A stretch of 64,000 bases of DNA from an uncultured Candidatus Saccharibacteria bacterium (GCA_964425625.1 CAYRMI010000002.1:62858-126857), one strand, 5' to 3'. Shown: positions 30,139-41,303, counted from the first letter of the stretch. The notes: a model not told the origin generated them from the letters alone. Translations and numbers: made by a program.

Positions 30139-31044
30139 ATGGCACTCAAACAAATCAAAAACAAAATAATTTCCACTAAAAAGACTGGCAAAGTGACCAA
30201 GGCGATGGAGTCTGTCTCGGCGGTGAAGATGCGCAAGAGTCAGGAGCGAGCGTTTTTGGCGCGTCCTTATGTGCACTCCGCTTTGAAGATACTTTCTCAT
30301 GTCTCGCAATCACAAGCCGTGCAAAGCCACTCTCTAGTAGTTCGACGTACCGAAGGGAAGACTCTTCTGGTGGTGATTACTAGTGATAAGGGTTTGGCTG
30401 GTAGTGTGAACAGTGCAGTCCTAAAGAAGGTAGAGCAGTTAGAAGCTACTGGTACCGCTTTCGATATGATTGCCGTTGGTCGCAAGGCGGTGGAGTTTGC
30501 GGCGCGGGAAAAAATCGCCGTGCTGTCTCATTACACCAACGTCGGCGATGAAGTAACAGTCGAGAATGTTTACGAAATAACTTCAGCCGTTATTGAGTCA
30601 TACAAAAAAGACAATACTTACGCCAAGGTTGATGTAATTTACCAAAACTTCCTCTCGACCTTTGAGCAGGAAGCAACGATGCGCCAAGTACTACCGCTAG
30701 ATCCAGCTGAAGTACACTTCATGATGCGAGGTATTCGTCCGCGTCACGGGAAGTTTAGTGATGATGTGGTACCACCGGATGCTGTGATTGACCACACTAT
30801 CGAGCCAGATGCACAGACCGTCTTCGATGCGCTCATTCCGCAACTCATTCAGATTATTCTTTTCCATGCTTTCCTTGAGAGTAAGGCCAGTGAGCACTCC
30901 GCTCGTATGGTAGCGATGAAGAACGCCACTGATAAGAGTAAGGAAGTAGTGAAGTCACTTACGATTAAGTTTAATAAAGCCCGGCAAGCAAAAATCACGG
31001 CGGAGATTTCAGAGATTACCGCTGGAGCAGCTGCAATGGAATAA
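30139..31044 (+). CDS. atpG: ATP synthase F1 subunit gamma
   Basis: KVTKAMESVSAVK, SDKGLAG, SEHSARMVAMKNAT, RQAKITAEI. Confidence 0.96.
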   Translation: MALKQIKNKIISTKKTGKVTKAMESVSAVKMRKSQERAFLARPYVHSALKILSHVSQSQAVQSHSLVVRRTEGKTLLVVITSDKGLAGSVNSAVLKKVEQLEATGTAFDMIAVGRKAVEFAAREKIAVLSHYTNVGDEVTVENVYEITSAVIESYKKDNTYAKVDVIYQNFLSTFEQEATMRQVLPLDPAEVHFMMRGIRPRHGKFSDDVVPPDAVIDHTIEPDAQTVFDALIPQLIQIILFHAFLESKASEHSARMVAMKNATDKSKEVVKSLTIKFNKARQAKITAEISEITAGAAAME

Positions 31045-31046
31045 TT

Positions 31047-31304
31047 ATGAATATTTTTAATCTAGTTAGAATTATTTTGCTCGGCACGGCCTCTCTTTTG
31101 GTCGTTGCGGATTATACTTTTTCTGTATCTAGATATCCCGACACTTCTATAATCGGTTACCTAATCCTTTCGGCCCTCTCTGCTTCTTGTGCGTCGTTTC
31201 CGCCAAGTAAGATTTTTCAGTTATGGTATGTGCGATGGGTTGTTTGTATTCCGTTAGCGATAGTGTTTTTTCTAGTAGCGATTATGTCGATGAGTAGAGC
31301 GTAG
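31047..31304 (+). CDS. hypothetical membrane protein inserted in the atp operon
   Basis: Three hydrophobic segments; starts 2 nt after the atpG stop. Confidence 0.55.
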   Translation: MNIFNLVRIILLGTASLLVVADYTFSVSRYPDTSIIGYLILSALSASCASFPPSKIFQLWYVRWVVCIPLAIVFFLVAIMSMSRA

Positions 31305-31361
31305 TGCTTGGTAGTGAGTGTCTCCTAGAGACTTTCACTACTCAGTGTTACGAACGCATGA

Positions 31362-32871
<1,510 letters not shown>

Positions 32872-32921
32872 GTAAACGTTTTTCCGTAGAGATAAGTGAG
32901 TGATAATGTAAAAAAATAACT

Positions 32922-33173
32922 ATGTCTGAATTAAAACAATTAAACCTAACCATCTCTAATGTCGACGCGCCGGTTTTTTCTGGCTTGGTCGTTTCGGTGA
33001 CTGTACCAGGAAGTGAAGGGGAGATGACTTTACTCGCCGACCACACGCCACTCATGTCAGCATTGCGCGCTGGTAATATCATCGTCCGCAAAGAGGGGGG
33101 TGAGACTGAAACTTTTCCCGTCACCTCTGGCACCCTTGAAGTCAGTCACAACACAGTTACAATTTTGTTGTAA
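32922..33173 (+). CDS. atpC: ATP synthase epsilon, N-terminal beta-sandwich only
   Basis: VTVPGSEGEMTLLADHTPLMSAL..G; 83 aa, ends at VTILL. Confidence 0.9.
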   Translation: MSELKQLNLTISNVDAPVFSGLVVSVTVPGSEGEMTLLADHTPLMSALRAGNIIVRKEGGETETFPVTSGTLEVSHNTVTILL

Positions 33174-33184
33174 GAATAATTAAG

Positions 33185-33215
33185 AATTACTCCTAGGGTG
33201 ACCCTAGGAGTAATT
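33185..33215. repeat. perfect palindrome (REP-like or terminator) after atpC
   Basis: aattactcctagggt-g-accctaggagtaatt. Confidence 0.65.
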
Positions 33216-33285
33216 GTGGTTTTAGCTTGTAAAGAAAAAGACGCCGGTGAGGGCGCCTTTGGAAGGCCTTTGGGCAAGGAACAGG

Positions 33286-33540
33286 TCAACACGAAACAGC
33301 TTCCATGAGCCTCACGATGACTGCTCGGTCATTGTTCATGAGAAAAGATGAAACTTCTTGTTGAAGTCCTTGATCAGCCTTTGAATCGTGCGATTGGCCG
33401 TCTAGCCACCACCAGTGTTCAAGTGCTGGCGAGTAGGCAATAGCCGGCTTACCGTCTGGACCGGCCCTGTCGTGGGTAAATACCATGACTTTGCGACCAG
33501 TGGCGTAGCCACTGGTGATTCTCTTGACGTATTTTTCCAT
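33286..33540 (-). CDS. orphan hypothetical protein
   Basis: GGAGG SD before MEKYVK (33540). Confidence 0.55.
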   Translation of the reverse strand: MEKYVKRITSGYATGRKVMVFTHDRAGPDGKPAIAYSPALEHWWWLDGQSHDSKADQGLQQEVSSFLMNNDRAVIVRLMEAVSC

Positions 33541-33568
33541 GGATTCTCCTCCGTGAGGTTTGGGTGCG

Positions 33569-34069
33569 TCACTTGGTCCAGGTGATGTTGTCGAGCAACA
33601 GATGTAGGTGCCGGTTGTAATTCGGCCGATTGGGATTGCAGCGCTGTCGACGAGTCTTCTGTCGTGGCAAGAGACCAGCAATGATGTTGATCATGATGGC
33701 CACCGCCTCTTCGCCATAGGGATCATCTCCGTCCGGACTGGCCCAGGCTGTGATCATCTCCTTAGCTAATACAGCGCCCCCGTAGATTATTCGTAGATCA
33801 CTACTGGTCGCTCCGTTGGGAGTTTCGTCATCACTCTGCACTTGGGACCATACCTTCGTTGTTCTAGTGCTCAGCTTCTGCAAGATCAGTTCGTCATTGC
33901 AAAAGTGTCCAAACGGTGCTGTGTGAACACAGGCAAGTTGGAAAAGGTCTTGCGTGGCGACATTCAGATAGCCAGGCAGGTGAGCGGTCAGTAGGCCTTT
34001 CTCATCCATTTGTTCGACCAGAAATTGGCCAGCCTTTACGAGCGCCAAAACATGGCTAGGATTATACAT
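33569..34069 (-). CDS. orphan hypothetical protein
   Basis: GAGGA SD; 166-aa ORF. Confidence 0.55.
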   Translation of the reverse strand: MYNPSHVLALVKAGQFLVEQMDEKGLLTAHLPGYLNVATQDLFQLACVHTAPFGHFCNDELILQKLSTRTTKVWSQVQSDDETPNGATSSDLRIIYGGAVLAKEMITAWASPDGDDPYGEEAVAIMINIIAGLLPRQKTRRQRCNPNRPNYNRHLHLLLDNITWTK

Positions 34070-34221
34070 GGCAAAATCCTCAGGTTGGGTTGTAGAAGAG
34101 CGGGCGGAACTATTCCGTGAGACATTTATACCACAAAAATGGGTTTTGACTATGGTTTAGAAATTAGGACTTAGGTCTCCCTAGGTCGGTCCTCGGGAGA
34201 CCTGTCACTTTGGGTTAGGGT

Positions 34222-35127
34222 CTAGAAATTATTACTTTGGGTGAGTGTGTTGCTGGTGGTATTAAAAATAGCGTAGGATATTTGGGTATTTTCTATGACG
34301 GATGCATGGTTTTCGGGATTGGAGATAAGTAAGGTAGTTGCCCAGGCATCGGCGGTGACGGCCTTGGGGGCTTTGACGTAAATGCCCAGAGTATCGGGGT
34401 TTGGATTGGTGTTGGTTGAGGTTTCTCCTTTCTGGGTTGATGTGTCGACTATATGTGAGTACTCCTGACCAGCTACTTTCCAGCGACGTTTGTGGGTACT
34501 CGAGGCAGCAAAGCCTTGGTCCTGGAGGGAAGTCTGTTCAACGTACGTGCCAGGTTTAGTGGGATGCTCTAGGTAGATGGTAACAGGCACTCCTTGATCA
34601 CTAGTGGCGTACATATCACCACCGCCATTGATAAGGAAATAGGGGAAGCCAAGCTCGTGTAAATAATTAGCCAAGCGGTCAATCGCAAATCCTTTACCGT
34701 ATCCGCCTAGGTCAACCGCTCCGGCCGATAGAGTAATGAGTGAGTCAGAAATAGTAAGAGATTGCAGAGGGGAGGGAATAGTGAGTGGCTCAGCCACGGG
34801 AGAAAAACTATAATCGGCATCATAACCACGGGCGAGCAAGTGCTCGCCGACTAAGATATTGAATATACCATCAGTGTCTTTGTACAATTGCTGGCCCAGA
34901 TGTAGAAGCTCAATAGTTGTTTGGTCAGGTCGATCAAGTCTTTTAGTATAATTAATCGTACTAATTATCGAGTCGGGTTTGAAGCGCGAGTATTTGGCTT
35001 CAAAGTCGATTAAGAAAAGGCGGATGAGACCGCAGGTCTCATCCGCCTTTTCTTTACTAACATCACCAAATATTTCTACCAACCAAGTGGTACCAAGCGC
35101 AGGAATTGTTGGTAAGACAATCGACAT
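34222..35127 (-). CDS. apbE: FAD:protein FMN transferase
   Basis: ALGT, YSRF.PDS, DLGGYGKGFAID, INGGGD, SHIVD, ADAWATTL. Confidence 0.9.
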   Translation of the reverse strand: MSIVLPTIPALGTTWLVEIFGDVSKEKADETCGLIRLFLIDFEAKYSRFKPDSIISTINYTKRLDRPDQTTIELLHLGQQLYKDTDGIFNILVGEHLLARGYDADYSFSPVAEPLTIPSPLQSLTISDSLITLSAGAVDLGGYGKGFAIDRLANYLHELGFPYFLINGGGDMYATSDQGVPVTIYLEHPTKPGTYVEQTSLQDQGFAASSTHKRRWKVAGQEYSHIVDTSTQKGETSTNTNPNPDTLGIYVKAPKAVTADAWATTLLISNPENHASVIENTQISYAIFNTTSNTLTQSNNF

Positions 35128-35134
35128 GCCCGGG

Positions 35135-35614
35135 TTAGAGTACTTGAGGCTCGAGCATCTTTTTTATTGCTTCATTGAAAGCCCCTGAAGTAAGGGAAGC
35201 GCCACCGACTCGTGACAGTGATATTTCAGACAATGATTTACCTACCACTTCAGTTTTGTAAGCGTTATCAAATCTTTCATGGTTGGGATTACCATAAGTT
35301 TCTTTATCATCATAAAGAACATTAGCATCCGTCACAATATCCCCAGTCATGGTTAATTCTACAGTTATCTTATGTTCTTTGCGAGCGGGAGTAAGGTAGG
35401 TCGACTCACCTTTAAGCAAGGTTGTACTCGGGGTGTCAGTAGTACCGTCATCGACAACTTCAATTTCTTCGGCTTGTTCTATCTCCTTAGTACGATTTAC
35501 TTCTTCAGTAACTAAGTCTGTAGTTGGGGCGTTAGCTTCTGGTCCCGGAATAAGAAAAAATGCTACTCCTAGCACGACGATTATTACTCCTAAGACAGCG
35601 ACAACAATTGGCAT
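35135..35614 (-). CDS. membrane-anchored FMN-binding (flavinylation target) protein
   Basis: N-terminal TM; C-terminal LSRVGGASLTS.AFNEAI resembles the [S/T]GA[S/T] flavinylation site; adjacent to apbE. Confidence 0.75.
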   Translation of the reverse strand: MPIVVAVLGVIIVVLGVAFFLIPGPEANAPTTDLVTEEVNRTKEIEQAEEIEVVDDGTTDTPSTTLLKGESTYLTPARKEHKITVELTMTGDIVTDANVLYDDKETYGNPNHERFDNAYKTEVVGKSLSEISLSRVGGASLTSGAFNEAIKKMLEPQVL

Positions 35615-35716
35615 AACGATAGTTTGATTGATTAGAATAATGACAACTAATACATTATACTTAATTAATCCAAGAACTTCAAAATTACTAAGAGTCAAAA
35701 ACTCATAAATTTAGTT

Positions 35717-37276
35717 ATGTTAGCTGTTTTGCAAAAAGGGTGGCAAATTATCGAAAGAAAATTGGACAGAACCGCGATGTATCGCACAGTGACCTTGGCC
35801 CTTAGTTTTTTAGCCTTAGTTTCCATCGGCTTAGGTTTTACTGGACGTTTGCCGTACTCGGGCCCAGAGCAATTAATATCTTTAGTAGTCGCCTTAGCTA
35901 CAGCGCTAGGGGTGAATTATGTCTGTAGTCGAATATGGAAAGTGGCTGTCAACCAAGAGTCGGCGGTTATTACGGCGCTTATCTTGTATTTCTTAATTAT
36001 TCCGGTAGAACAATCTAAACTTGAAGATTTATGGGTTATAGCCACGGTGGTGGCTTTGGCGGTTATATCAAAATTTGTCATCGCTTGGCGTAAACAACAC
36101 ATCGTAAATCCGGCGGCTATTGGTCTAGTACTGATGGCTGTGGCCTACGCGGTACTTCCATTACCGGGTTATTTTGAATCAGTTTGGTGGGTGGGGCAAA
36201 GAGAATTATTTCTACCCCTTTTGCTAGCCGGTAGTGCCGTAGTATTAAAAGTACGTAAGTGGGTGCCAGTTGCGACTTTTTTGCTGGTGGCTTTCGTGGT
36301 TTTTTTGTTTGAAGAATGGCGGTTTAGTGGCGATGTGTGGGGTAGGGCAGATTATTTCTGGCTCTCTGGGCCGAGCTTATTTCTAGCTTTCTTTATGTTG
36401 ACCGAGCCCTTTACTATGCCTCCGACGAGGAAGCTACAAGCCGTCTACGGTGGTTTGGTTGGTTTAATTTCTCAGACTACACTATTCATGCCTTTAGGGA
36501 TTAAAATGACTCCTGAGCTAGCACTGATCTTGGGTAACTTGGTCTTCTACCGGTTTACCCTCCGACGAAAACTCTACCTATCTTTGCAATCGGTGCGCGA
36601 GATAGCCAAACATACGTACGAGTTTGTTTTTATTAAACCAGTGGGTATTAAATTTAAAGCCGGGCAATATATGGAATGGATGCTTCCACACCCTGGAGCA
36701 GACAATCGAGGTGTTCGTCGTTATATTACTATCGCGTCATCGCCTCTAGATAACACCTTGCGAATAGGGGTTAGATTTGGGGGAGAAATTAGTAGCTTCA
36801 AAGCTGCCTTACTTAAACTGAAGCCCGGACAAACCATTATAGCTAGTCAATTAGGAGGAGATTTTGTTCTTCCCGTAGATAATACAAAAAAAACCGCCAT
36901 GGTCGCGGGTGGTATTGGCATTACGCCTTTCGTCAGTCAGATATCCCAAATGGAGCTTAGTAAAATTAGCTATGATACAGTTTTGTTTTACTGCAATAAC
37001 ACACTGGCTGAAGCAGCTTATAGGGATAGACTACAGGCTTCGCAGTTGATGATTCCACTTAAAGTGGTAAATGTTTTAGCTAAAGAGAGTGCGGTTGGGT
37101 GTGAGACTGGCTTCCTGACAGCCGAAACAATAAAAAGGTTTGCTCCTGATTACTTGGAGCGACTTTGGTATCTCTCTGGCCCACCGGGTATGGTTGATGC
37201 CTATGCTAAATTATTGCACGAATTAGGAGTGAGTAAGCGATATATAAAGAAAGATTTTTTCCCTGGACTAGCTTAA
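35717..37276 (+). CDS. NqrB/RnfD-like membrane domain fused to a ferredoxin-NAD(P) reductase-type FAD/NAD-binding domain
   Basis: SAVITALIL, SKF......HIVNPAA, FMLTEP.T.P; then FKAGQY, RRYITIASSP, AGGIGITPF, YLSGPPGMV, DFFPG. Confidence 0.85.
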   Translation: MLAVLQKGWQIIERKLDRTAMYRTVTLALSFLALVSIGLGFTGRLPYSGPEQLISLVVALATALGVNYVCSRIWKVAVNQESAVITALILYFLIIPVEQSKLEDLWVIATVVALAVISKFVIAWRKQHIVNPAAIGLVLMAVAYAVLPLPGYFESVWWVGQRELFLPLLLAGSAVVLKVRKWVPVATFLLVAFVVFLFEEWRFSGDVWGRADYFWLSGPSLFLAFFMLTEPFTMPPTRKLQAVYGGLVGLISQTTLFMPLGIKMTPELALILGNLVFYRFTLRRKLYLSLQSVREIAKHTYEFVFIKPVGIKFKAGQYMEWMLPHPGADNRGVRRYITIASSPLDNTLRIGVRFGGEISSFKAALLKLKPGQTIIASQLGGDFVLPVDNTKKTAMVAGGIGITPFVSQISQMELSKISYDTVLFYCNNTLAEAAYRDRLQASQLMIPLKVVNVLAKESAVGCETGFLTAETIKRFAPDYLERLWYLSGPPGMVDAYAKLLHELGVSKRYIKKDFFPGLA

Positions 37277-37280
37277 TTAT

Positions 37281-37339
37281 TTGAGTAAGGTCGAACCTTA
37301 CTCAAGGTCGAACCTTACTCAAGGTCGAACCTTACTCAA
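37281..37339. repeat. REP-like palindrome expanded into three tandem 17-bp units
   Basis: aaggtcgaaccttactc at 37287, 37304 and 37321. Confidence 0.85.
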
Positions 37340-37364
37340 CATTACTCAGCTTTGCCTAGGCGGT

Positions 37365-37410
37365 TGTAAAGGGGTACCCTCGGGCAGTTGCCCGAGGGTA
37401 CCCCTTTACA
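37365..37410. repeat. perfect 22-bp-arm hairpin
   Basis: tgtaaaggggtaccctcgggca-gt-tgcccgagggtacccctttaca between convergent genes. Confidence 0.8.
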
Positions 37411-37429
37411 GAACTCGTTGTTGATATTT

Positions 37430-38092
37430 CTACCAATCGATTGGTTGTTGGTTGTGCTTTCTTAGGTATTCGTTGGCTTGCGAAAAGTGTCGGCAACCGA
37501 AAAAGCCGGTGTAGGCAGAGAAGGGGGAAGGGTGTGGAGCGTTTAAGACGAGGTGCTTGTTTTGATCAATCAGCCTTCCCTTGGCCTCTGCATATTTACC
37601 CCAGAGGATGAACACCACATGCTGTCTTTCGGTCGAGATAGTTTTGATGACTGCGTCAGTAAAAGTTTCCCAGCCGAGCCCCTGGTGCGAGCCTGGTTGT
37701 CCTGGTAGGACAGTGAGGGTAGAGTTGAGAAGTAATACCCCTTGCTTGGCCCAACCCTCTAGATTACCAGAAAGTCTTGGTGGAATACCAAGGTCACTCT
37801 CTAGTTCCTTGTATATATTTCGGAGTGATGGGGGAATTTTAATTCCGTCTGGTACAGAGAAAGCCAAGCCGTGTGCTTGACCGTCGCCATGGTAGGGGTC
37901 CTGTCCCAAGACAACCACTTTTACCTCGCTTAGGGGGCAGAGATGAAAGGCTTTATAAACACCCTCCTTGGCGGGGAAAACTGGGCCTTGTTTGTAACTA
38001 TTTTCTATTTCTGCCGACAACTTTAGAAAATATGGCTGACTGAATTGATCAGCTAATGCTTTTTGCCAGCTTGACTCTAGAATCTTAGCCAT
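37430..38092 (-). CDS. ung: uracil-DNA glycosylase family 1
   Basis: VVLGQDPYHG..QAHGLAFSV, GVLLLN, HPSPFS. Confidence 0.96.
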   Translation of the reverse strand: MAKILESSWQKALADQFSQPYFLKLSAEIENSYKQGPVFPAKEGVYKAFHLCPLSEVKVVVLGQDPYHGDGQAHGLAFSVPDGIKIPPSLRNIYKELESDLGIPPRLSGNLEGWAKQGVLLLNSTLTVLPGQPGSHQGLGWETFTDAVIKTISTERQHVVFILWGKYAEAKGRLIDQNKHLVLNAPHPSPFSAYTGFFGCRHFSQANEYLRKHNQQPIDW

Positions 38093-38154
38093 AATTACCA
38101 ACACTGTACTACGACTCGCTTACTGTGTTAAGGCTGTGCTACACTAATGCCATT

Positions 38155-38379
38155 ATGCGCGAATCACATGCTAGAAGTATTTTAAAAGGTATCACTTGGC
38201 GCGTCATTGCCTCGGCTACCACCATGACAGTGGTCTACATTGTAACCGGAGATCTTACGCTCATGGCTAGTGTGGGAGTGGTCGATATTTTGGCCAAAGT
38301 ATTTTTCTATTACCTACACGAACGAAGTTGGGGGAAAGTGAAGTGGGGATTATTGGGTATTGAGCCACGGGTAAAGTAG
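38155..38379 (+). CDS. DUF2061 membrane protein
   Basis: ESHARSILKGITWR...YYLHERSW. Confidence 0.85.
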   Translation: MRESHARSILKGITWRVIASATTMTVVYIVTGDLTLMASVGVVDILAKVFFYYLHERSWGKVKWGLLGIEPRVK

Positions 38380-38385
38380 GGTATC

Positions 38386-38430
38386 AGCAAAAAACACCGC
38401 GAGCCATTTATGGCTCGCGGTGTTTTTGCT
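38386..38430. terminator. bidirectional terminator
   Basis: aaaaacaccgcgagcca-ttta-tggctcgcggtgttttt. Confidence 0.75.
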
Positions 38431-38441
38431 TAAACTCATGA

Positions 38442-39305
38442 TCATTTCTGACACTTCGGACAGTAGTGCGTTCCGCGTCCAGCGACGCGAATTTTTTTGA
38501 TAAGGGTTTGGCACTTGGGGCAGGGAGTATTTTGTTTGCCAAAGACTTGGAGATAATCACTGTAATTACCTTTTTCTCCACCGGTATCGGCAAAGTGTTG
38601 AAAAGTCGTACCCCCGACCGTGATGGATTTTTTCATTACTGCACCGCTCGCTTCTGCTATGGCGCAGGCTTCTTTCTTGGTTACCTTATCCGCGCGGCGG
38701 GTTGGTCGCACGGCAGAAGCAAAAAGGGCTTCATCCACGTAGATATTACCCAGGCCCGCGATAAAGGTCTGGTCAAGCAAAGCAGCTTTGATAGGAGTTT
38801 TTCGGCGTTTGAGTGATGAAGCGAATAGTTCAGTATCAAAACTATCCGCGATAGGTTCTTGGCCAAACCTGGCTTTGGCTCGTGCTACTTCTTCTGCTGT
38901 CGCGAGCTTAATGTAGCCAAACATCCGCATGTCATTGAAATAAAGGCTAGAGCCGTCGGTGAAGTAGAAAGCGACACGGGTGTGTTTACCCGGTAGCTCT
39001 CGAGTGTCGGCCGTGGTCATGGAGTGACCACCGCCACTGACACCCGCCTGGTCGCGAAAGAAAAACTGCCCAGTCATCTTGAGGTGAGCCAAAAGGAACA
39101 AATCGTTTTCTTTAGCCAAGTGGAAAATCAATAGCTTACCAATCCGGTCAATATCGCTAAAGCTTTTGCCTTTTAGTATTTCTGCAAACTGGTTGTTGTC
39201 AGCCACCGACTTAGACGCAAAAACTTCTACTCGCTTTAGGCGTCGATCGAGTATTTTATGTAGCAATTGCAAGCGAACGGTCTCGACTTCTGGTAATTCA
39301 GGCAT
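38442..39305 (-). CDS. mutM: formamidopyrimidine-DNA glycosylase
   Basis: MPELPEVET, HLKMTG, GLGNIYVDE, C-terminal zinc finger CPKC...CPKCQ. Confidence 0.96.
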   Translation of the reverse strand: MPELPEVETVRLQLLHKILDRRLKRVEVFASKSVADNNQFAEILKGKSFSDIDRIGKLLIFHLAKENDLFLLAHLKMTGQFFFRDQAGVSGGGHSMTTADTRELPGKHTRVAFYFTDGSSLYFNDMRMFGYIKLATAEEVARAKARFGQEPIADSFDTELFASSLKRRKTPIKAALLDQTFIAGLGNIYVDEALFASAVRPTRRADKVTKKEACAIAEASGAVMKKSITVGGTTFQHFADTGGEKGNYSDYLQVFGKQNTPCPKCQTLIKKIRVAGRGTHYCPKCQK

Positions 39306-39514
39306 GACTCGTATTGTATGGCGAGAAGGTGAAAATGCAAACAGCTTACTAAAGAAAAGTCGAAAAGGGGTCAGGAGCATTTTATATGTTAATAGTTTAA
39401 GTTCGTGTGTCGAAGTGGCAGGTAATTTCTTTGATAATTATCTTATCGTGAGGTAGGTGGCAATCACTTCCGGAAGGAAAAATATGTTTTATATATGCTA
39501 TACTCGCACACACT

Positions 39515-39736
39515 ATGGCTCATCCGTTTGAAAAAATGTTTTCTGAGGCTCTCAAGACGAGTAATGAATTTAATAATGAAGTACTGGAAAAAGCTCAGGA
39601 CTTAGAAGAGAAGGGTTACTCCGGCGTTGAAATCGCTACGGTTTTAATGAAATACAGCAAGGCACTGATTGACCAAAATGAGGCCGGGTTGGTCAAGGAG
39701 GCTTATGAGGAATTTGCCCACTATTTAGAAGATTAA
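39515..39736 (+). CDS. small hypothetical protein
   Basis: 73-aa ORF with TGCTATACT 10 nt upstream. Confidence 0.65.
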   Translation: MAHPFEKMFSEALKTSNEFNNEVLEKAQDLEEKGYSGVEIATVLMKYSKALIDQNEAGLVKEAYEEFAHYLED

Positions 39737-39755
39737 GCTAATCCGTTTAGTGACT

Positions 39756-41024
39756 TTATTTTGCTTGAGTGGCTGCTTGGCCAGCCACAAAACCAGTACT
39801 CCAGCAAAGCTGTAGACTGTAGCCACCAGAGGGTCGGTCGATGTTTAGAATATCGCCAGTGAGATAAAGGTTAGAAAATTTGCGTGACCGCATGGTCTTG
39901 AAATCAACTTCGGTTAGATCTATACCACCTGATGTGACAATCGCCATATCGGCACCCAGTAAGCCAGAGATGTTTAATTGAAAATCTTTGAGCAAGTGTA
40001 CCAATCGGCGCCTCTCTTCTTTGGTGATGCTGTGACACTTTGTTTCCGGCCCGATGCCTGATAGTTTTATCACTACCTTGGCTAAGGTAGGAGGAAGAAA
40101 ACCAGCTAGAACATTTTTGAATAATTTATTACTATGCTCGGAAAATAGGTTGATGATAGCATCATCAAGCGAGCCAATATCTGCCTTGGGAAATAGATCT
40201 AGCGATAAGGTGACTGGTCCGTAATCGAGCAACTCACCGATCATCTTACTCATATTGAGAATGGTTGGTCCACTGACACCAACGTGGGTAAAGAGAATTC
40301 GTCCACTTTTACTAAAAGCTTTTTTGGTGCTCTGGTAGACGCTGATTTTTGTTTCTGGCCAGGTCAATCCAGCTAATTCCTTGATCCAAATATCTTTGAC
40401 TGTTAGCGGTACGAGCGAAGGGTCTGGAGCAATGACATTATGGCTAAGTAAAGAGAGCCAACGGAAGCCATCGCCAGTGGAGCCAGTCTCAGGGCGGGAT
40501 TTGCCACCGGTGGCGATGATGTATGACTCTGCCCGATAAGTGGTGCTATCGGTGAGTGTGACAGCAGTAATCTTGTCTTTACTTGATACCAAAGTCTTCA
40601 CTTCAGCGTGATTTTTTACCGCGACTTTGCTTTCTTTTAGGTAGTTAATCAGCACATCATAAACCGACCGCGCACTGTCACTGATAGGGAAGACCCGCTT
40701 ATGTTCTTCGACTTTAGTCGCAAGGCCACGGTCATGAAAAAAATTGAGAGTGTCTGCTACGTTGTGTTGAGAAAAAGTAGAAAAGAGGAACTTAGCGCTG
40801 TCTTTGTAGTGAGCTAGTAGGGTACGAGTATCGAACTCAGCGTTGGTGAGGTTGCACCGGCCCCCACCGGTAATGAGGAGCTTTTTACCCAAGCCGGCAT
40901 TTTTTTCCAGTAATAGTACCCGAGCGCCGGCCCGGCCAGCGGTGCCGGCCGCCATCATACCAGATGGTCCGCCTCCAATGACGATGACATCGTATATATT
41001 TTCTTTGTTATCGGGCTTTAGCAT
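39756..41024 (-). CDS. HI0933/BaiN-family flavoprotein
   Basis: GGGPSGMMAA, GKKLLITGGGRCNLTN, ATGG.S.P.TGSTGDG, LFTH.GVSGP, GGYSLQ. Confidence 0.92.
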   Translation of the reverse strand: MLKPDNKENIYDVIVIGGGPSGMMAAGTAGRAGARVLLLEKNAGLGKKLLITGGGRCNLTNAEFDTRTLLAHYKDSAKFLFSTFSQHNVADTLNFFHDRGLATKVEEHKRVFPISDSARSVYDVLINYLKESKVAVKNHAEVKTLVSSKDKITAVTLTDSTTYRAESYIIATGGKSRPETGSTGDGFRWLSLLSHNVIAPDPSLVPLTVKDIWIKELAGLTWPETKISVYQSTKKAFSKSGRILFTHVGVSGPTILNMSKMIGELLDYGPVTLSLDLFPKADIGSLDDAIINLFSEHSNKLFKNVLAGFLPPTLAKVVIKLSGIGPETKCHSITKEERRRLVHLLKDFQLNISGLLGADMAIVTSGGIDLTEVDFKTMRSRKFSNLYLTGDILNIDRPSGGYSLQLCWSTGFVAGQAATQAK

Positions 41025-41078
41025 GGACGCATCGTAGCATACCTAATCCGGTTGTGTTAGATGCTATACTTTAGGCTT

Positions 41079-41282
41079 ATGGATGAAATAATTAAAGAGA
41101 GACTAGATTTGCAAGAACAAAAGATAGACGCAATTTATTTGTCAGTAGAAAAAACCAGGAAGTATCTACTAATTATTATGTGGTCTTCAGTCCTGATGAT
41201 AATTTTACCTTTGTTGGCCGGAATGATAATCATACCGATAGTTATAAGTACCTTTTCTGGTATCTATGGCGGTTTGCTATAA
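41079..41282 (+). CDS. small hypothetical membrane protein
   Basis: KIDAIY.SVEKTRKY followed by a TM segment. Confidence 0.7.
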   Translation: MDEIIKERLDLQEQKIDAIYLSVEKTRKYLLIIMWSSVLMIILPLLAGMIIIPIVISTFSGIYGGLL

Positions 41283-41303
41283 ACTTCACGCGCTCGAGAT
41301 TAG

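Noticed and set aside
35717-37276. Rnf or Nqr respiratory complex
   Set aside because: Only a single fused NqrB/RnfD-like domain is present; no other subunits.
37287-37337. Possible CRISPR array
   Set aside because: The 17-bp units are directly adjacent with no spacers, and there are no cas genes.
39455-39485. ccggaaggaa resembles the SRP RNA domain IV loop
   Set aside because: The flanking TCAGG and GCAG conserved bases are absent, and I see no long enclosing stem.
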